A stretch of DNA of 64,000 nucleotides. It comes from Candidatus Amesbacteria bacterium RIFCSPLOWO2_01_FULL_49_25 (GTDB lineage Bacteria > Patescibacteriota > Microgenomatia > CAZETR01 > Amesbacteraceae). Below are positions 49,141 through 59,028 of the stretch, piece by piece (position 1 is the first letter of the stretch; each line of letters starts with the position of its first letter). The notes beneath the pieces were generated by a model. The model ran no database searches. It was not told the DNA's origin and worked only from the letters and a program-made list of their open reading frames with translations. A program made the position numbers and the translations under genes. Location: contig MEXP01000020.1 of NCBI GenBank assembly GCA_001773725.1, positions 19,526 through 83,525 of the forward strand, given 5' to 3'.

Positions 49141-50817
49141 ATGACTCTGTCTCAACGCCTTGCCCTGCTGTGCATTATTTTTTTGGGTTTTACTCTCCGC
49201 TCGGTTGGCCGCAACTGGGACCAAAACTACCATCTCCACCCCGATGAAAGGTTTTTGACCATGGTTGTCAGCGCCATGTCTTGGCCCAAAACTATCTCCG
49301 AATATTTCGACACCTCGCGCTCACTTCTCAACCCCCACAACATAGGCTTCGGCTTCTATGTCTATGGCACATATCCAGCAATCTTTGTCAGGTATTTATC
49401 CCAACTATTACATCGGGCCGATTATAGTCAACTGACACTGGTTGGTCGGGCCGCATCTGCCGTTATCGATACTGGAACTATCGTCCTGGTTTTTCTCATT
49501 TCTAGCCGCTTATTTAAAAATACTGCGTTATCTTTGATTTCAGCTTTAATGTATGCCCTGTCTGTCCTCCCTATTCAGCTTTCTCATTTCTTCGCCGTCG
49601 ACCCCTATGCCGTATTTTTCCTCACTCTCTCATTATATTTATTACTAATAAACAGTCCTCTATTAGGTATAGCTTTTGGCCTCACCCTGGCCGCCAAAAT
49701 TTCCTCGGCCTTGTTCTTGCCCGTCATCGCTTTGGGTCTGCTAATTAATTTTTTCAAACCCGGTCAAAAAATAAACACCATTATTCTGGGATTCATTTTC
49801 GTTCTCACAACAGCGATTACTTTGCGCGTGTTTTATCCTTACCTTTTTACCGGCCTTCAGTTTAACCCCAAGGTCTTGCAAAATTGGAAAGAGCTCGACT
49901 CTCTCAGTGGCGCCGACTCTTATTTTCCTCCCGCAGTCCAATGGCTGCACACCAGGCCCGTTTGGTATTCCCTTTCCAATCTGCTTTATTGGGGTTTGGG
50001 TCTGCCCCTCGGGCTTCTCAGCTTAATCTCTCTGCCATACGTACTTGTCAATCACCGTCGCCATGGATATGTTTACTTGGTCATCCTTTGGGTAATTGGC
50101 CTATTTTTCTATCAAAGTACTCAGTTCGCCCAACCTATGCGCTATCTTTATCCCATATACCCTTTTTTGGCAGTTACCGCTGGGGCCGTGTTATTTAAAA
50201 TTCTAAAAATCAGCAAAATCTTACTCATTCTTGTCCTTGCACTAACTTTGGTTTGGCCCTTGGCTTTTGTCTCCATTTATACTCGCCCTCATAGCCGATT
50301 GGCCGCCAGTAAGTGGATTTACCAAAACGTCCCCTCCGGCAGTACTCTCTCCTGCGACCATTGGGACGACTGCCTTCCCATAGGATACCCAACAGAATTT
50401 CGCTTATTAGAATATCCTCTTTATGGCCAGGACACGCCGGAAAAATGGCAAGACATGTCCGCCCGTCTGGCTCAGACAGACTACATTATCATGTCCAGCA
50501 ATCGCCTCTTCGGCTCAATTTCCTCCGCCCCCGACCGATATCCGGCTGCATCGAAATTTTATGCGGATCTCTTTTCCGGAAAATTGGGGTTCAGTCCGGT
50601 TGTTCAGTTTACCTCCCGTCCCAACCTCCCCATTCCCGGCCTTAATCTTTGTCTCACTCCGCCCAATATTTCCTACGGTGCCGTCTCATATCAAATCCAG
50701 AATTGTCCTCTGCCCGGGTTGAGTTTTGTCGATGATTACGCCGACGAAACCTTCACTGTCTACGACCACCCCAAAGTCATAATTTTCAAAAAATCTTCCC
50801 AACACCCTAAACTCTAG
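49141..50817 (+). CDS. GT39-like membrane glycosyltransferase
   Basis: HLHPDERF, YVYGTYP, HFFAVD, HWDD and YDHPKV. Confidence 0.85.
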   Translation: MTLSQRLALLCIIFLGFTLRSVGRNWDQNYHLHPDERFLTMVVSAMSWPKTISEYFDTSRSLLNPHNIGFGFYVYGTYPAIFVRYLSQLLHRADYSQLTLVGRAASAVIDTGTIVLVFLISSRLFKNTALSLISALMYALSVLPIQLSHFFAVDPYAVFFLTLSLYLLLINSPLLGIAFGLTLAAKISSALFLPVIALGLLINFFKPGQKINTIILGFIFVLTTAITLRVFYPYLFTGLQFNPKVLQNWKELDSLSGADSYFPPAVQWLHTRPVWYSLSNLLYWGLGLPLGLLSLISLPYVLVNHRRHGYVYLVILWVIGLFFYQSTQFAQPMRYLYPIYPFLAVTAGAVLFKILKISKILLILVLALTLVWPLAFVSIYTRPHSRLAASKWIYQNVPSGSTLSCDHWDDCLPIGYPTEFRLLEYPLYGQDTPEKWQDMSARLAQTDYIIMSSNRLFGSISSAPDRYPAASKFYADLFSGKLGFSPVVQFTSRPNLPIPGLNLCLTPPNISYGAVSYQIQNCPLPGLSFVDDYADETFTVYDHPKVIIFKKSSQHPKL

Positions 50818-53074
50818 GAGTTTTGATAAACAAACGGAATCTCGGAGAAAGAAACAGAATCCCAAGAATTAATATCGTTGAAGCAGAAATCCAACCCCCA
50901 TACATCAACGGCTTCGAACGATATATAAACTCCACAGTATGTTTACCTTTCTCTATAGGCAGCGCATAAACAGACAGATCAGCTTTAAGCAGATCTTGTT
51001 TTTTTCCATCCACCACCGCATACCACCCCGGATATTGCATTTCGCTATACAGAAGAAATCCTGGTTGATCCGAAAAAAACGAAACAACAGTTTTTTCTGG
51101 AGAGTAGGAATCAATCTTCACGCTGGCATCAGCTGTCCCTACTGCTCTATAAATCGAGAGATTCTTCGATAGAACGTCATATCGATCTAAAAGAACTGTT
51201 TTTCGAGGTAAAAAATCAGGCAAGAGAATGGATTGTATGATTTCACCCTTACCCTTAATCTGATAACCAGGGACATAAGTTACTCTCTCCAGAGCGGAAT
51301 CATTTCTCCATACGTTTCCCCCCATGTAAGTAAGCTTGTCTTGGTCCACTAGACTTTCACCAGAAAGAAAGTATTTGATATTTAATAAGTTAAGAAGTGC
51401 TCTATTTTTAAAATCGATAAAATATACGATATCATGATAAGCTTCAGTTTCCACCGTGTGATATCCATAAGTCGATTCAACGTTTTGAACCATCCCAATA
51501 TTCCTCGGACCTAAATTGTTGATTCTAAAGATACCCGGATCAATACGGATTAGTGAAATATCCGCCGTATCTCCAAAATAAACACTAGGCTTCCCTGGAG
51601 CGGCTTCTATTGGGTTAAAGTCCCTACTTATCTTAGAAATATCTGTCGCAAATATTATAAACAACAAAAACCAAATCACTCTCCATCTAGTCAGAATATA
51701 CAAAACTACTCCAGCCGCACTTACAATAAATAGCTTCTTAGCTAGCGCCAGACTTGTCATTGCAAACCCAACCGCCTCCGCAGACGTCGGCCCCCTACCC
51801 ACAGGCTGAAGCATCGAAAGCACACTAGGTTTGAGCCACCACAAAAACGTCCCCACTATCAACACACCAGCAACTCCCAAAAAGCGGACAAGTTTTCCTT
51901 TCGGATATGTCAAAACAGCATGCACACCGATTCCCATCAGGCTTGTTAAAAAAAAGTGGAGTATATCTAAATGTCGGGATACCAATGATAAATTCTCGGC
52001 AAATGGCATATTCGAGTTAAGAACTGCAGACAATTTAGAAAATCGACCCATTGAAAGTAGGACACTAGCTCCCAATCCTAAAATCATAAATCCCAGCAGT
52101 GACCGATTTTTCCAAATCAACGACACCAGCAGAAAAAAAAGTGGGACTATGCCTACATAAATAAACGTGTCCCAGTTACCCCACGGGTAATCAGATCCCC
52201 AATATCCCACAGCGTGACGTCCAAAGAGATAGGGGACTATCAACGTCAAATAATACAAGGGGTGAATAGAGTTGTATAAACTCTTTACGGACATTTCAGC
52301 CACCGTTCGGACAATTTGTTTTGATAATTCAATTGAAAGAAGCACTTTCGGAGCTGTTAACAATCCGGTCAAAAGAAAAATCGCCATAGAATAAAGGAAG
52401 AATAATCTCCTCTGGTGCGTTTCTTTAATAGTGAAATAAACAATCCCCAACAAAAAATATCCATAAATGTAATAGCTTATTTGGTGATGCCCGGCTATTG
52501 TTATCATAGCCAGAATGAATGACGAAAGAATCGCCCAGACAACTTTCTTGTCTCGAACAAACCTAAAATAGGCCCAAAACAGCAGAGGCAGCCATGCCAA
52601 TAAAAGAATAACCGGAATATGCACTAATCTGCCAATAAAAGCGCCGCTGGTCGCATATACCACCCCGGCAAACACACTCGATATTTTGTGAAGTTTTAGA
52701 CCATCTCTCATCAAAATATACATCGCCACTGCAGCCAGCAAGTAGTGTGCCATTTGCATTCCCAGCAACCACAAAAAAGCCGAATCCAAATCTCCCTTAG
52801 CGTCAAAAAACAACTGCGCCAGGATATATGGAGGATAAAAAGATCCATTCTCCAATGAAGCGAACGGCATTGACCCCATAAACCAATACGGATTGCGAAT
52901 TGGAGGATATGTTTGCGTTCGCACCGATTGGTTTAAATAGACCCACCACGGAAAATACAGCTCACTCACATCCGCCGCGAAGTAATAAAAAGGGTCAACT
53001 AAGATTTTGGGAAACATTCCCAACAATACCCCACACGTCAACAGAACCACTATAAATATCTCAATTTTTTTCAT
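50807..53074 (-). CDS. YfhO-family membrane protein (GT-C)
   Basis: NPYWFMG.P....NGSFYP, and C-terminal YPGWYAVVDG...GKHTVEFIY. Confidence 0.88.
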   Translation of the reverse strand: MKKIEIFIVVLLTCGVLLGMFPKILVDPFYYFAADVSELYFPWWVYLNQSVRTQTYPPIRNPYWFMGSMPFASLENGSFYPPYILAQLFFDAKGDLDSAFLWLLGMQMAHYLLAAVAMYILMRDGLKLHKISSVFAGVVYATSGAFIGRLVHIPVILLLAWLPLLFWAYFRFVRDKKVVWAILSSFILAMITIAGHHQISYYIYGYFLLGIVYFTIKETHQRRLFFLYSMAIFLLTGLLTAPKVLLSIELSKQIVRTVAEMSVKSLYNSIHPLYYLTLIVPYLFGRHAVGYWGSDYPWGNWDTFIYVGIVPLFFLLVSLIWKNRSLLGFMILGLGASVLLSMGRFSKLSAVLNSNMPFAENLSLVSRHLDILHFFLTSLMGIGVHAVLTYPKGKLVRFLGVAGVLIVGTFLWWLKPSVLSMLQPVGRGPTSAEAVGFAMTSLALAKKLFIVSAAGVVLYILTRWRVIWFLLFIIFATDISKISRDFNPIEAAPGKPSVYFGDTADISLIRIDPGIFRINNLGPRNIGMVQNVESTYGYHTVETEAYHDIVYFIDFKNRALLNLLNIKYFLSGESLVDQDKLTYMGGNVWRNDSALERVTYVPGYQIKGKGEIIQSILLPDFLPRKTVLLDRYDVLSKNLSIYRAVGTADASVKIDSYSPEKTVVSFFSDQPGFLLYSEMQYPGWYAVVDGKKQDLLKADLSVYALPIEKGKHTVEFIYRSKPLMYGGWISASTILILGILFLSPRFRLFIKTPRV

Positions 53075-53751
53075 GTCACCTCAAAAATTAGCTGGTAGGC
53101 CATTCTTCTTGGCCATTTCCTGGCCAAAACTGCGAAGAAATTATATATCCAAAACATCGGTTTCCCTTGTCCAAACATTCGGTCTACCAATCCAAAAGGT
53201 GGGGGAGTGGCCGCCACCAGTTTTACAGCATTCGCCCCATTTAGCATCTTTTCTGCCTCTAGGCGGCCGTAAAAATGTTTATGGGTTCTATCCAACGGGC
53301 CGCGGGACATTTTAAAATCCGGCCACAATCGTCTCACTAGCCATACCGGCCAAAACTCGCAGTTCGGCAGCGACACCAACATCCACCCCCCTTTTCTTAC
53401 CTTCTTCCAAAGTTTCTTCACAACTTTCTCCGGGTTGTCCAAATGTTCCAGTACATCAGCGGCCACAATTCCATCAAATTCTTCATTTTTCAATTCTTTT
53501 TCCCAGCCCTTCCTCTCTAAATCTTCCCATAAGACATATTTATATGTCGACAACCATCGACTGTTTTTCCAGTTAGTATCTTTATCCAATCCCCATATTT
53601 TCACTCCATTCTTCCCAATAGCTCTGCCCAAAAAACCTCCCCCGCATCCCGCATCTAAAACCTTTTTTCCTCGCCTCTCATTCACTAGTCGCGCCATCTG
53701 TCTGTGGCTGGATTCAGGATCGTTTTTATATTGATAAATATCCCTTTGCAT
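53071..53751 (-). CDS. Class I SAM-dependent methyltransferase
   Basis: VLDAGCGGG, DVLEHL, SLPN and LDRTH. Confidence 0.9.
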   Translation of the reverse strand: MQRDIYQYKNDPESSHRQMARLVNERRGKKVLDAGCGGGFLGRAIGKNGVKIWGLDKDTNWKNSRWLSTYKYVLWEDLERKGWEKELKNEEFDGIVAADVLEHLDNPEKVVKKLWKKVRKGGWMLVSLPNCEFWPVWLVRRLWPDFKMSRGPLDRTHKHFYGRLEAEKMLNGANAVKLVAATPPPFGLVDRMFGQGKPMFWIYNFFAVLARKWPRRMAYQLIFEVT

Positions 53752-53765
53752 TACCTAAGACCTCC

Positions 53766-54401
53766 TCACTCTTTTTTGGCATATACATGCCGCAATTCAA
53801 GGACGCCCCTATTCAAGGACGTTTCCACCTTCCACCCGGCATTTATTAACCTTTCAATTAATTGCTGATCATTTCCCCTATTTAAATGTAGCTCCATAGC
53901 GATCTTTCTAATCTTATTCAAATACCTCCACTGTTGGTTTCCAAATATCCTATACTCACACCCCTCACAATCTACCTTCAAGAAATCGACTGTTTTTCCT
54001 CCCCGAACAATTTGTTTTAACGATAGCGCAGGTTGATCAACAACAGTGACATTCTTCACACCGTTTAGACCAATATTAGCCAATAGAAACAACCGTCGTT
54101 GTTCATCGGGCTCAAAGGCCAAAATCTTTGCCTTTGGCAATCTCATTGCTGCCATGATTGCAAAGTCTCCCACCCCTGCTCCCACATCCACCACAATTTT
54201 ATCTGAATCCTCCAAACCCACTTTTTCGTTTTCGTACTCACGGTCTAAAACAACCTCTTTTATCTCCAGCAAATCTCCAATCTGCGCGAACTTCAACCGC
54301 AGACCATTTACGATAACTTCATTTTTAGCTAAATTTACGCGGCCCCACAATTTAAGTACCACGGAAATGTAGTAGGGCACACGGTTCCATCTGAACTTCA
54401 T
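53766..54401 (-). CDS. FkbM-family methyltransferase
   Basis: VDVGAGVG, FEP and LKVDCEGCE. Confidence 0.9.
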   Translation of the reverse strand: MKFRWNRVPYYISVVLKLWGRVNLAKNEVIVNGLRLKFAQIGDLLEIKEVVLDREYENEKVGLEDSDKIVVDVGAGVGDFAIMAAMRLPKAKILAFEPDEQRRLFLLANIGLNGVKNVTVVDQPALSLKQIVRGGKTVDFLKVDCEGCEYRIFGNQQWRYLNKIRKIAMELHLNRGNDQQLIERLINAGWKVETSLNRGVLELRHVYAKKE

Positions 54402-55474
54402 TCCAGTAATCTTTCCCATTTTTTCATTATCTCTTTAACATTAAATTCTTTTATGGCCAATATCCTTTTTTCTCTCAACCTATCTCTATTATCAACAGCC
54501 CATTCTATGGCCTCAGCCAGAGACTTACTATCACTTGGCTTTGCCAGTTTACCCATTCCGGTTTTTAATATCGGCACTCTTACTCCCGGCAAATCCGATG
54601 CCACCACCGGCACGCCACACATCATCGCCTCCACCTGCACCATTCCAAAAGCTTCAGTTGAATTCACCGACGACAGCGCCAATACGTCTAACATCTTATA
54701 AAATCCTCCCATGTCTTCCGGATCTATTGTCCCCAAAAACCTTATCCGGTTTTCGTACTTTTCAACCAATTTCATAATTTTTTCCTTATACTTTTCTTCA
54801 CCGACTGGATTTTCTGGTCCGGCAATAATAATTTTGCAGTTTTTCAAAAGTGGCAGCGCCCCTAACAAATACTCGATTCCCTTTTCTTGTGCTAAACGGG
54901 CGGCAACTCCTATCCAAATTTCACCCTTCGGCTTATTTAATTTTAATTTACCGGTCGTAGGGTAGGGGATTGGGGGATAAATATATTTCGTTTTGTTTTC
55001 AAATCCCCGCAAAAGCCTGCTATTCTTTGCGTAATCTTCGGTATAAGTAACAATAATGCTTGCCTTCAAAAGCGATATCCAGTTCATAAATTCCAACACT
55101 TTTTGCAAGATTTTATTTTGCAAAACTATTTCACAGTGATAAACAACAATCACTTTCTTTGCCATGAGTGCTGTTATCCACCCCTCGGCTTGAGGAAGAT
55201 TTATTATCACCACGTCAGCCCCTCTCGTTTCCCGCCAGGATTTAGCTATCCAATCAATCGACAAGAACCCTTTGCTGAGTTTCAACAGAGGTTTGGCTCT
55301 GGCAACTTCTACGCCATTAAAATCTTCTATTTCCGGCAAACTTTTATCGTGTCGCATGCACAAGGCCGCAACCTTATGGTCTCTTTTCACCAACTCTTCT
55401 GCCAATCTTTTGACATAAATTGTCAGCCCTGATACGTATGGAGTGTAATAAGTTACCGAAAACAAAATATTCAC
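54398..55474 (-). CDS. GT4-family glycosyltransferase
   Basis: EKG and EAFGMVQVEAM motifs. Confidence 0.93.
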   Translation of the reverse strand: MNILFSVTYYTPYVSGLTIYVKRLAEELVKRDHKVAALCMRHDKSLPEIEDFNGVEVARAKPLLKLSKGFLSIDWIAKSWRETRGADVVIINLPQAEGWITALMAKKVIVVYHCEIVLQNKILQKVLEFMNWISLLKASIIVTYTEDYAKNSRLLRGFENKTKYIYPPIPYPTTGKLKLNKPKGEIWIGVAARLAQEKGIEYLLGALPLLKNCKIIIAGPENPVGEEKYKEKIMKLVEKYENRIRFLGTIDPEDMGGFYKMLDVLALSSVNSTEAFGMVQVEAMMCGVPVVASDLPGVRVPILKTGMGKLAKPSDSKSLAEAIEWAVDNRDRLREKRILAIKEFNVKEIMKKWERLLE

Positions 55475-56031
55475 AGCCCTATCGCTTCTAACGCCGCACC
55501 TAAATACAAAAATTTAAAAGGATATTCATGTCTTTTATCCATGAAATTATAAATCCAAAAGATTTTAGCCCTTGTTTTTTCAACAACAAACGTAACTATA
55601 TCTAAATTATCTTCGACATAGTAATCCAACTTAAGTCTCTCAATAACTTCCAGCTTATATACATGCGGCTGTTCCTGGTCCTCGTTAATATTTATGGATT
55701 TAAACAAATTGCGTACCCGATATTTATCCAGCCAATTCTCCAAATTATCTTTCAAAAACCCATATCTTGCAGTAACTAAATGAAACTCCATGTCATCCCT
55801 CTTCGCCATTTCCCGCAGTAAATCGACTCCCTTTGCCGGGAATACACTCGATTCATGCACCACCGACCACAATATCCTTTGCCACCAATTTTTCGGCACA
55901 AAAAAAGTCAACTTGTGAATACCCAGCACTTCTCGTTTAAACCACTTTATCGGCGCTCTGATTACTCTGAACGGGTTGTACGCCACTACCCCGTCAAAAT
56001 CCAATCCAACTCTGATTACTCTTTTCTTCAC
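55471..56031 (-). CDS. HAD-superfamily 5'(3')-nucleotidase-like protein
   Basis: DFDGV, VTAR and YVEDN. Confidence 0.8.
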   Translation of the reverse strand: MKKRVIRVGLDFDGVVAYNPFRVIRAPIKWFKREVLGIHKLTFFVPKNWWQRILWSVVHESSVFPAKGVDLLREMAKRDDMEFHLVTARYGFLKDNLENWLDKYRVRNLFKSININEDQEQPHVYKLEVIERLKLDYYVEDNLDIVTFVVEKTRAKIFWIYNFMDKRHEYPFKFLYLGAALEAIGL

Positions 56032-56035
56032 CGCC

Positions 56036-57439
56036 TTATTTTACGGGACGTTTACCGTTTCTGCTATACAAATACCCTCCCCCCGCCAGCATTACCCCTC
56101 CCAAAACCAGCCACCACCACGTCCACTCCTGGTTTCCTGACACCGGCACCCCCTCGTCTGTTGCCGGCATCGCTACTTTGAAAGCTTCGGTAGGAATGGC
56201 AGTTGGAGTGGCAGCGGCTGCGGTCGGAGCCGGTGTAGACGTCACCGCCACCGTGGGAACTGCAGTCGGGGATGGTTTAAGCGTGGGCGTTATGGTCAAT
56301 TCTCCCGAAGGCGTAGCCGAAAATGCCGGCACTCCGTCCTCGGCGGCATACACTACAAACTCTCTTGTGACAGTTTGCAATACCCCATCTATGATCGTGG
56401 ATACAGTTACCTGATGCTTTCCTGGCTCCAGATTGTTAGGCACCTCGAATACAAAATCTCCTGAGCTGTCAGCGTTTATTACCGTAACCACCTTCGCCGT
56501 CGAGTTAACTTCGATCGTTACTTTCGACCCTTTCGGAGCCTTCCCGATAATTACCGGGCGGGCAGAGTTTATTTGCTCCCCTAATTTAGGCGACAACACT
56601 TGGAGTTCTGCTTCCGTCTGTTCGCTCTCAACTAACGATTCCTGGCTAAACTTAGACGATATCTCTTCCCCAGCCTCAGGTGTAAGTGTCGCTGTCTCTT
56701 GGGTAAAATCATAAGTCCCCCCCAAAGTAATTACTGGGACCGGGCTGTCTCCCCCGGTTTTAACCTTGGCCTGCGCCGTTTCTCCCCCGCCAGTCACGTT
56801 TAGTTCCTCAATCTCTTCTTCCCGGTCATATTCAAGGTAGGCACTCAAGTCCTCTTTCCTCATGGTCGCCAGGGAAATTACCCATGCCCCGCTCGGTTTA
56901 ACCAAAGCCGACGCCCCCGATCCCCCCGCTAGGTTCAAGTAAACTATCGCCCCCTCTGCCGGATCACCTCCGGACCCGATGACTTGGCCATAAGCCACAT
57001 CTGCCGTTGGTGTATCGCCTATCACCACCCCCGTCCTTGTTTCATACGCCCCTTCACCTTGTCCAAATAGCTTGCTTCCCGAACCGATCTTGAATATATA
57101 CCCCTGTTCCGGTTTCAGCCCCCTCACCGTCACGTAATGGCTAAAGTATTTGCCTACCTCGCCCTTCTCCTGATCTCGGTCATCGGATATTGTCAGATCC
57201 ATTGCCGCTTCGGCTTCTCCGTACTGCACATACCCCGAGGCGGCTTCCTGGGTAATCCAAGAAATCGTCAAAGAATTATCCGTCTGATTTGTAACCCGGA
57301 CTTCTCTCGGGACTTCCTCCTCTGCAGCTTTCGATATCAACCCCAGTGGAGATCTCAGCAAAACTAAGCCCGACACCATCCCCAAAGCCACCACCAAAAT
57401 TCCCAATATTGTAGGCAGTTTTAATTCAGGCCTTTTCAT
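56036..57439 (-). CDS. Surface protein with fibronectin type III and Ig-like domains, Pro/Thr linker and C-terminal TM
   Basis: VRVTNQTDNSLTISWIT...HYVTVRGLKP, ADSSGDF and PVSG followed by a hydrophobic tail. Confidence 0.82.
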   Translation of the reverse strand: MKRPELKLPTILGILVVALGMVSGLVLLRSPLGLISKAAEEEVPREVRVTNQTDNSLTISWITQEAASGYVQYGEAEAAMDLTISDDRDQEKGEVGKYFSHYVTVRGLKPEQGYIFKIGSGSKLFGQGEGAYETRTGVVIGDTPTADVAYGQVIGSGGDPAEGAIVYLNLAGGSGASALVKPSGAWVISLATMRKEDLSAYLEYDREEEIEELNVTGGGETAQAKVKTGGDSPVPVITLGGTYDFTQETATLTPEAGEEISSKFSQESLVESEQTEAELQVLSPKLGEQINSARPVIIGKAPKGSKVTIEVNSTAKVVTVINADSSGDFVFEVPNNLEPGKHQVTVSTIIDGVLQTVTREFVVYAAEDGVPAFSATPSGELTITPTLKPSPTAVPTVAVTSTPAPTAAAATPTAIPTEAFKVAMPATDEGVPVSGNQEWTWWWLVLGGVMLAGGGYLYSRNGKRPVK

Positions 57440-57636
57440 TGCTGTTTTTTTTCTAGCCTATCCAGCACCTCTACGTTTAGATCCGGCTCTAATGGACTCA
57501 AATAACTGTCTATTCCATCAGGAGGCAGGCTTTTGGTATATACCCGATATACTTCCAACCCCACCCACACGACCACCGTAATCAAAGTCGAGGTAATTAG
57601 AAAAATCAATTCTCTTTCTGTTTTCTTTAACGCCAT
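57436..57636 (-). CDS. Small single-TM protein in the pil cluster
   Basis: 66 aa, one TM, co-oriented with pilO. Confidence 0.65.
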   Translation of the reverse strand: MALKKTERELIFLITSTLITVVVWVGLEVYRVYTKSLPPDGIDSYLSPLEPDLNVEVLDRLEKKQQ

Positions 57637-57637
57637 T

Positions 57638-58207
57638 CTAATTTTCCGGCATGTAAACAGCCGCTCCTTGCAAGCTTAAGGTTAACTCTCCTCCTACCTG
57701 TTTATCAATAGATAATGATTTAATATCGATTATTCTCGAGCTCTTACCCAGGCCGGTTATAAATCTTTTTATCCCATCATAGGCGCCAGACGTCGCCATA
57801 GAGAACTCAACGTCTTTTCCCAAATTTACGCCAAAGCTTTTAGTTACGAGCCCGCTATCAGTTGCCGACTGTTGTACCCCCGTCGCCACACCGCTCCAAT
57901 CTGCCGTTTTCGGAACAGCCATATTTAATACCTCGAGCCGGTCTTGCACCTGGAGGTATACATTCTGGGCTTCCCGAATAAGTTCAATTTTCTCGTCCAT
58001 TCTTTTCTCCAGCTCTAAATACTGTTTCCGCTCGGCCAGTAGTTTTGCAATCGTCACCAAAGTTGGCCTCAGGGCCCAAATGACCAACACCATAACCAGA
58101 AGCAGTGATAATATCAAGTATAAACTTTCTTGCCACAATGGCTTATTCTGCACTGTTTGCAGATATCTTCTGTATCTGGCCAAACTGCTTCTATAATCTA
58201 CTGCCAT
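57638..58207 (-). CDS. pilO: Type IV pilus assembly protein PilO-like
   Basis: TM, coiled coil and GAYDGIKRFI..L....RIIDI. Confidence 0.8.
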   Translation of the reverse strand: MAVDYRSSLARYRRYLQTVQNKPLWQESLYLILSLLLVMVLVIWALRPTLVTIAKLLAERKQYLELEKRMDEKIELIREAQNVYLQVQDRLEVLNMAVPKTADWSGVATGVQQSATDSGLVTKSFGVNLGKDVEFSMATSGAYDGIKRFITGLGKSSRIIDIKSLSIDKQVGGELTLSLQGAAVYMPEN

Positions 58208-58209
58208 AA

Positions 58210-58743
58210 CTACACTTTTAATATTAAGCTAAAACTAATATTGCCATCACCCTGGGCTTTAACATCAGTTAGTTCCACTTCCTTCCAAAATTCACTGTCT
58301 CGGTTTGCTGTTATCAGGGTCCGCAAACCATTTTCACTAAATGCCGTCCCCGTGACAGCGATTTCCTCGCGCGAAATTCTTATCGATGAAAATTGAACGT
58401 CTGCAGCCGCCGATTTATCTAACTCGCTCAAAACTTCCAATATCGGCATTTCTGAATCCACCAGCTCTTTGGCTACCGCTAGTCTCACCTGGGTATTTCT
58501 AAATGTTTTTTCCTGGGAGGAAAACGCCTCCAAAACATTCCTCTTTTCTCGAACATTGTCCTGTAAGTCGGAAATATTTTGGTCCAAAACAAACCTGGAC
58601 AAAAAGGCCGCAATCACCACCATCTCCGTCAAAATGACTATATACCTCCCGGTAGTTAGCGCCCATTTAAGCACGCCTCCCCACCAACCGGCATCAAATT
58701 CCGACGACGGCACCAAATTAATAGATCTGGGTCGGGCAGACAT
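58210..58743 (-). CDS. pilN: Type IV pilus assembly protein PilN-like
   Basis: INLVP motif, TM, coiled coil and ferredoxin-like tail. Confidence 0.8.
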   Translation of the reverse strand: MSARPRSINLVPSSEFDAGWWGGVLKWALTTGRYIVILTEMVVIAAFLSRFVLDQNISDLQDNVREKRNVLEAFSSQEKTFRNTQVRLAVAKELVDSEMPILEVLSELDKSAAADVQFSSIRISREEIAVTGTAFSENGLRTLITANRDSEFWKEVELTDVKAQGDGNISFSLILKV

Positions 58744-58761
58744 GTATCCAGTATACCAAAC

Positions 58762-59016
58762 CTACTTCTTCTTTTTAGCCAGAAACCTGGACAATCTAGA
58801 TTTTAGCCTTGAAGCCTTATTTTTGCTAATGATCTTTTTTTTGGCCGCTCTATCCAATTGCGAAAAAACCGCCGTCAGATTTTTTGCCGATGGTTTTTTG
58901 CGCATTACCGTCACTGCCCCCCTATACACTCGCCTCGTTCGGTTGTTTACTCCAGCCTTTCTTTTGTCGGCTCTTAGCTTTCTAATTGCTCCTTTAGTGA
59001 TTGGCATACCGGCCAT
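58762..59016 (-). CDS. rpsT: 30S ribosomal protein S20
   Basis: MPITKGAIRKLR...LDRAAKKKIISKNKASRLKSRL. Confidence 0.95.
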   Translation of the reverse strand: MAGMPITKGAIRKLRADKRKAGVNNRTRRVYRGAVTVMRKKPSAKNLTAVFSQLDRAAKKKIISKNKASRLKSRLSRFLAKKKK

Positions 59017-59028
59017 ATAATATCACAC

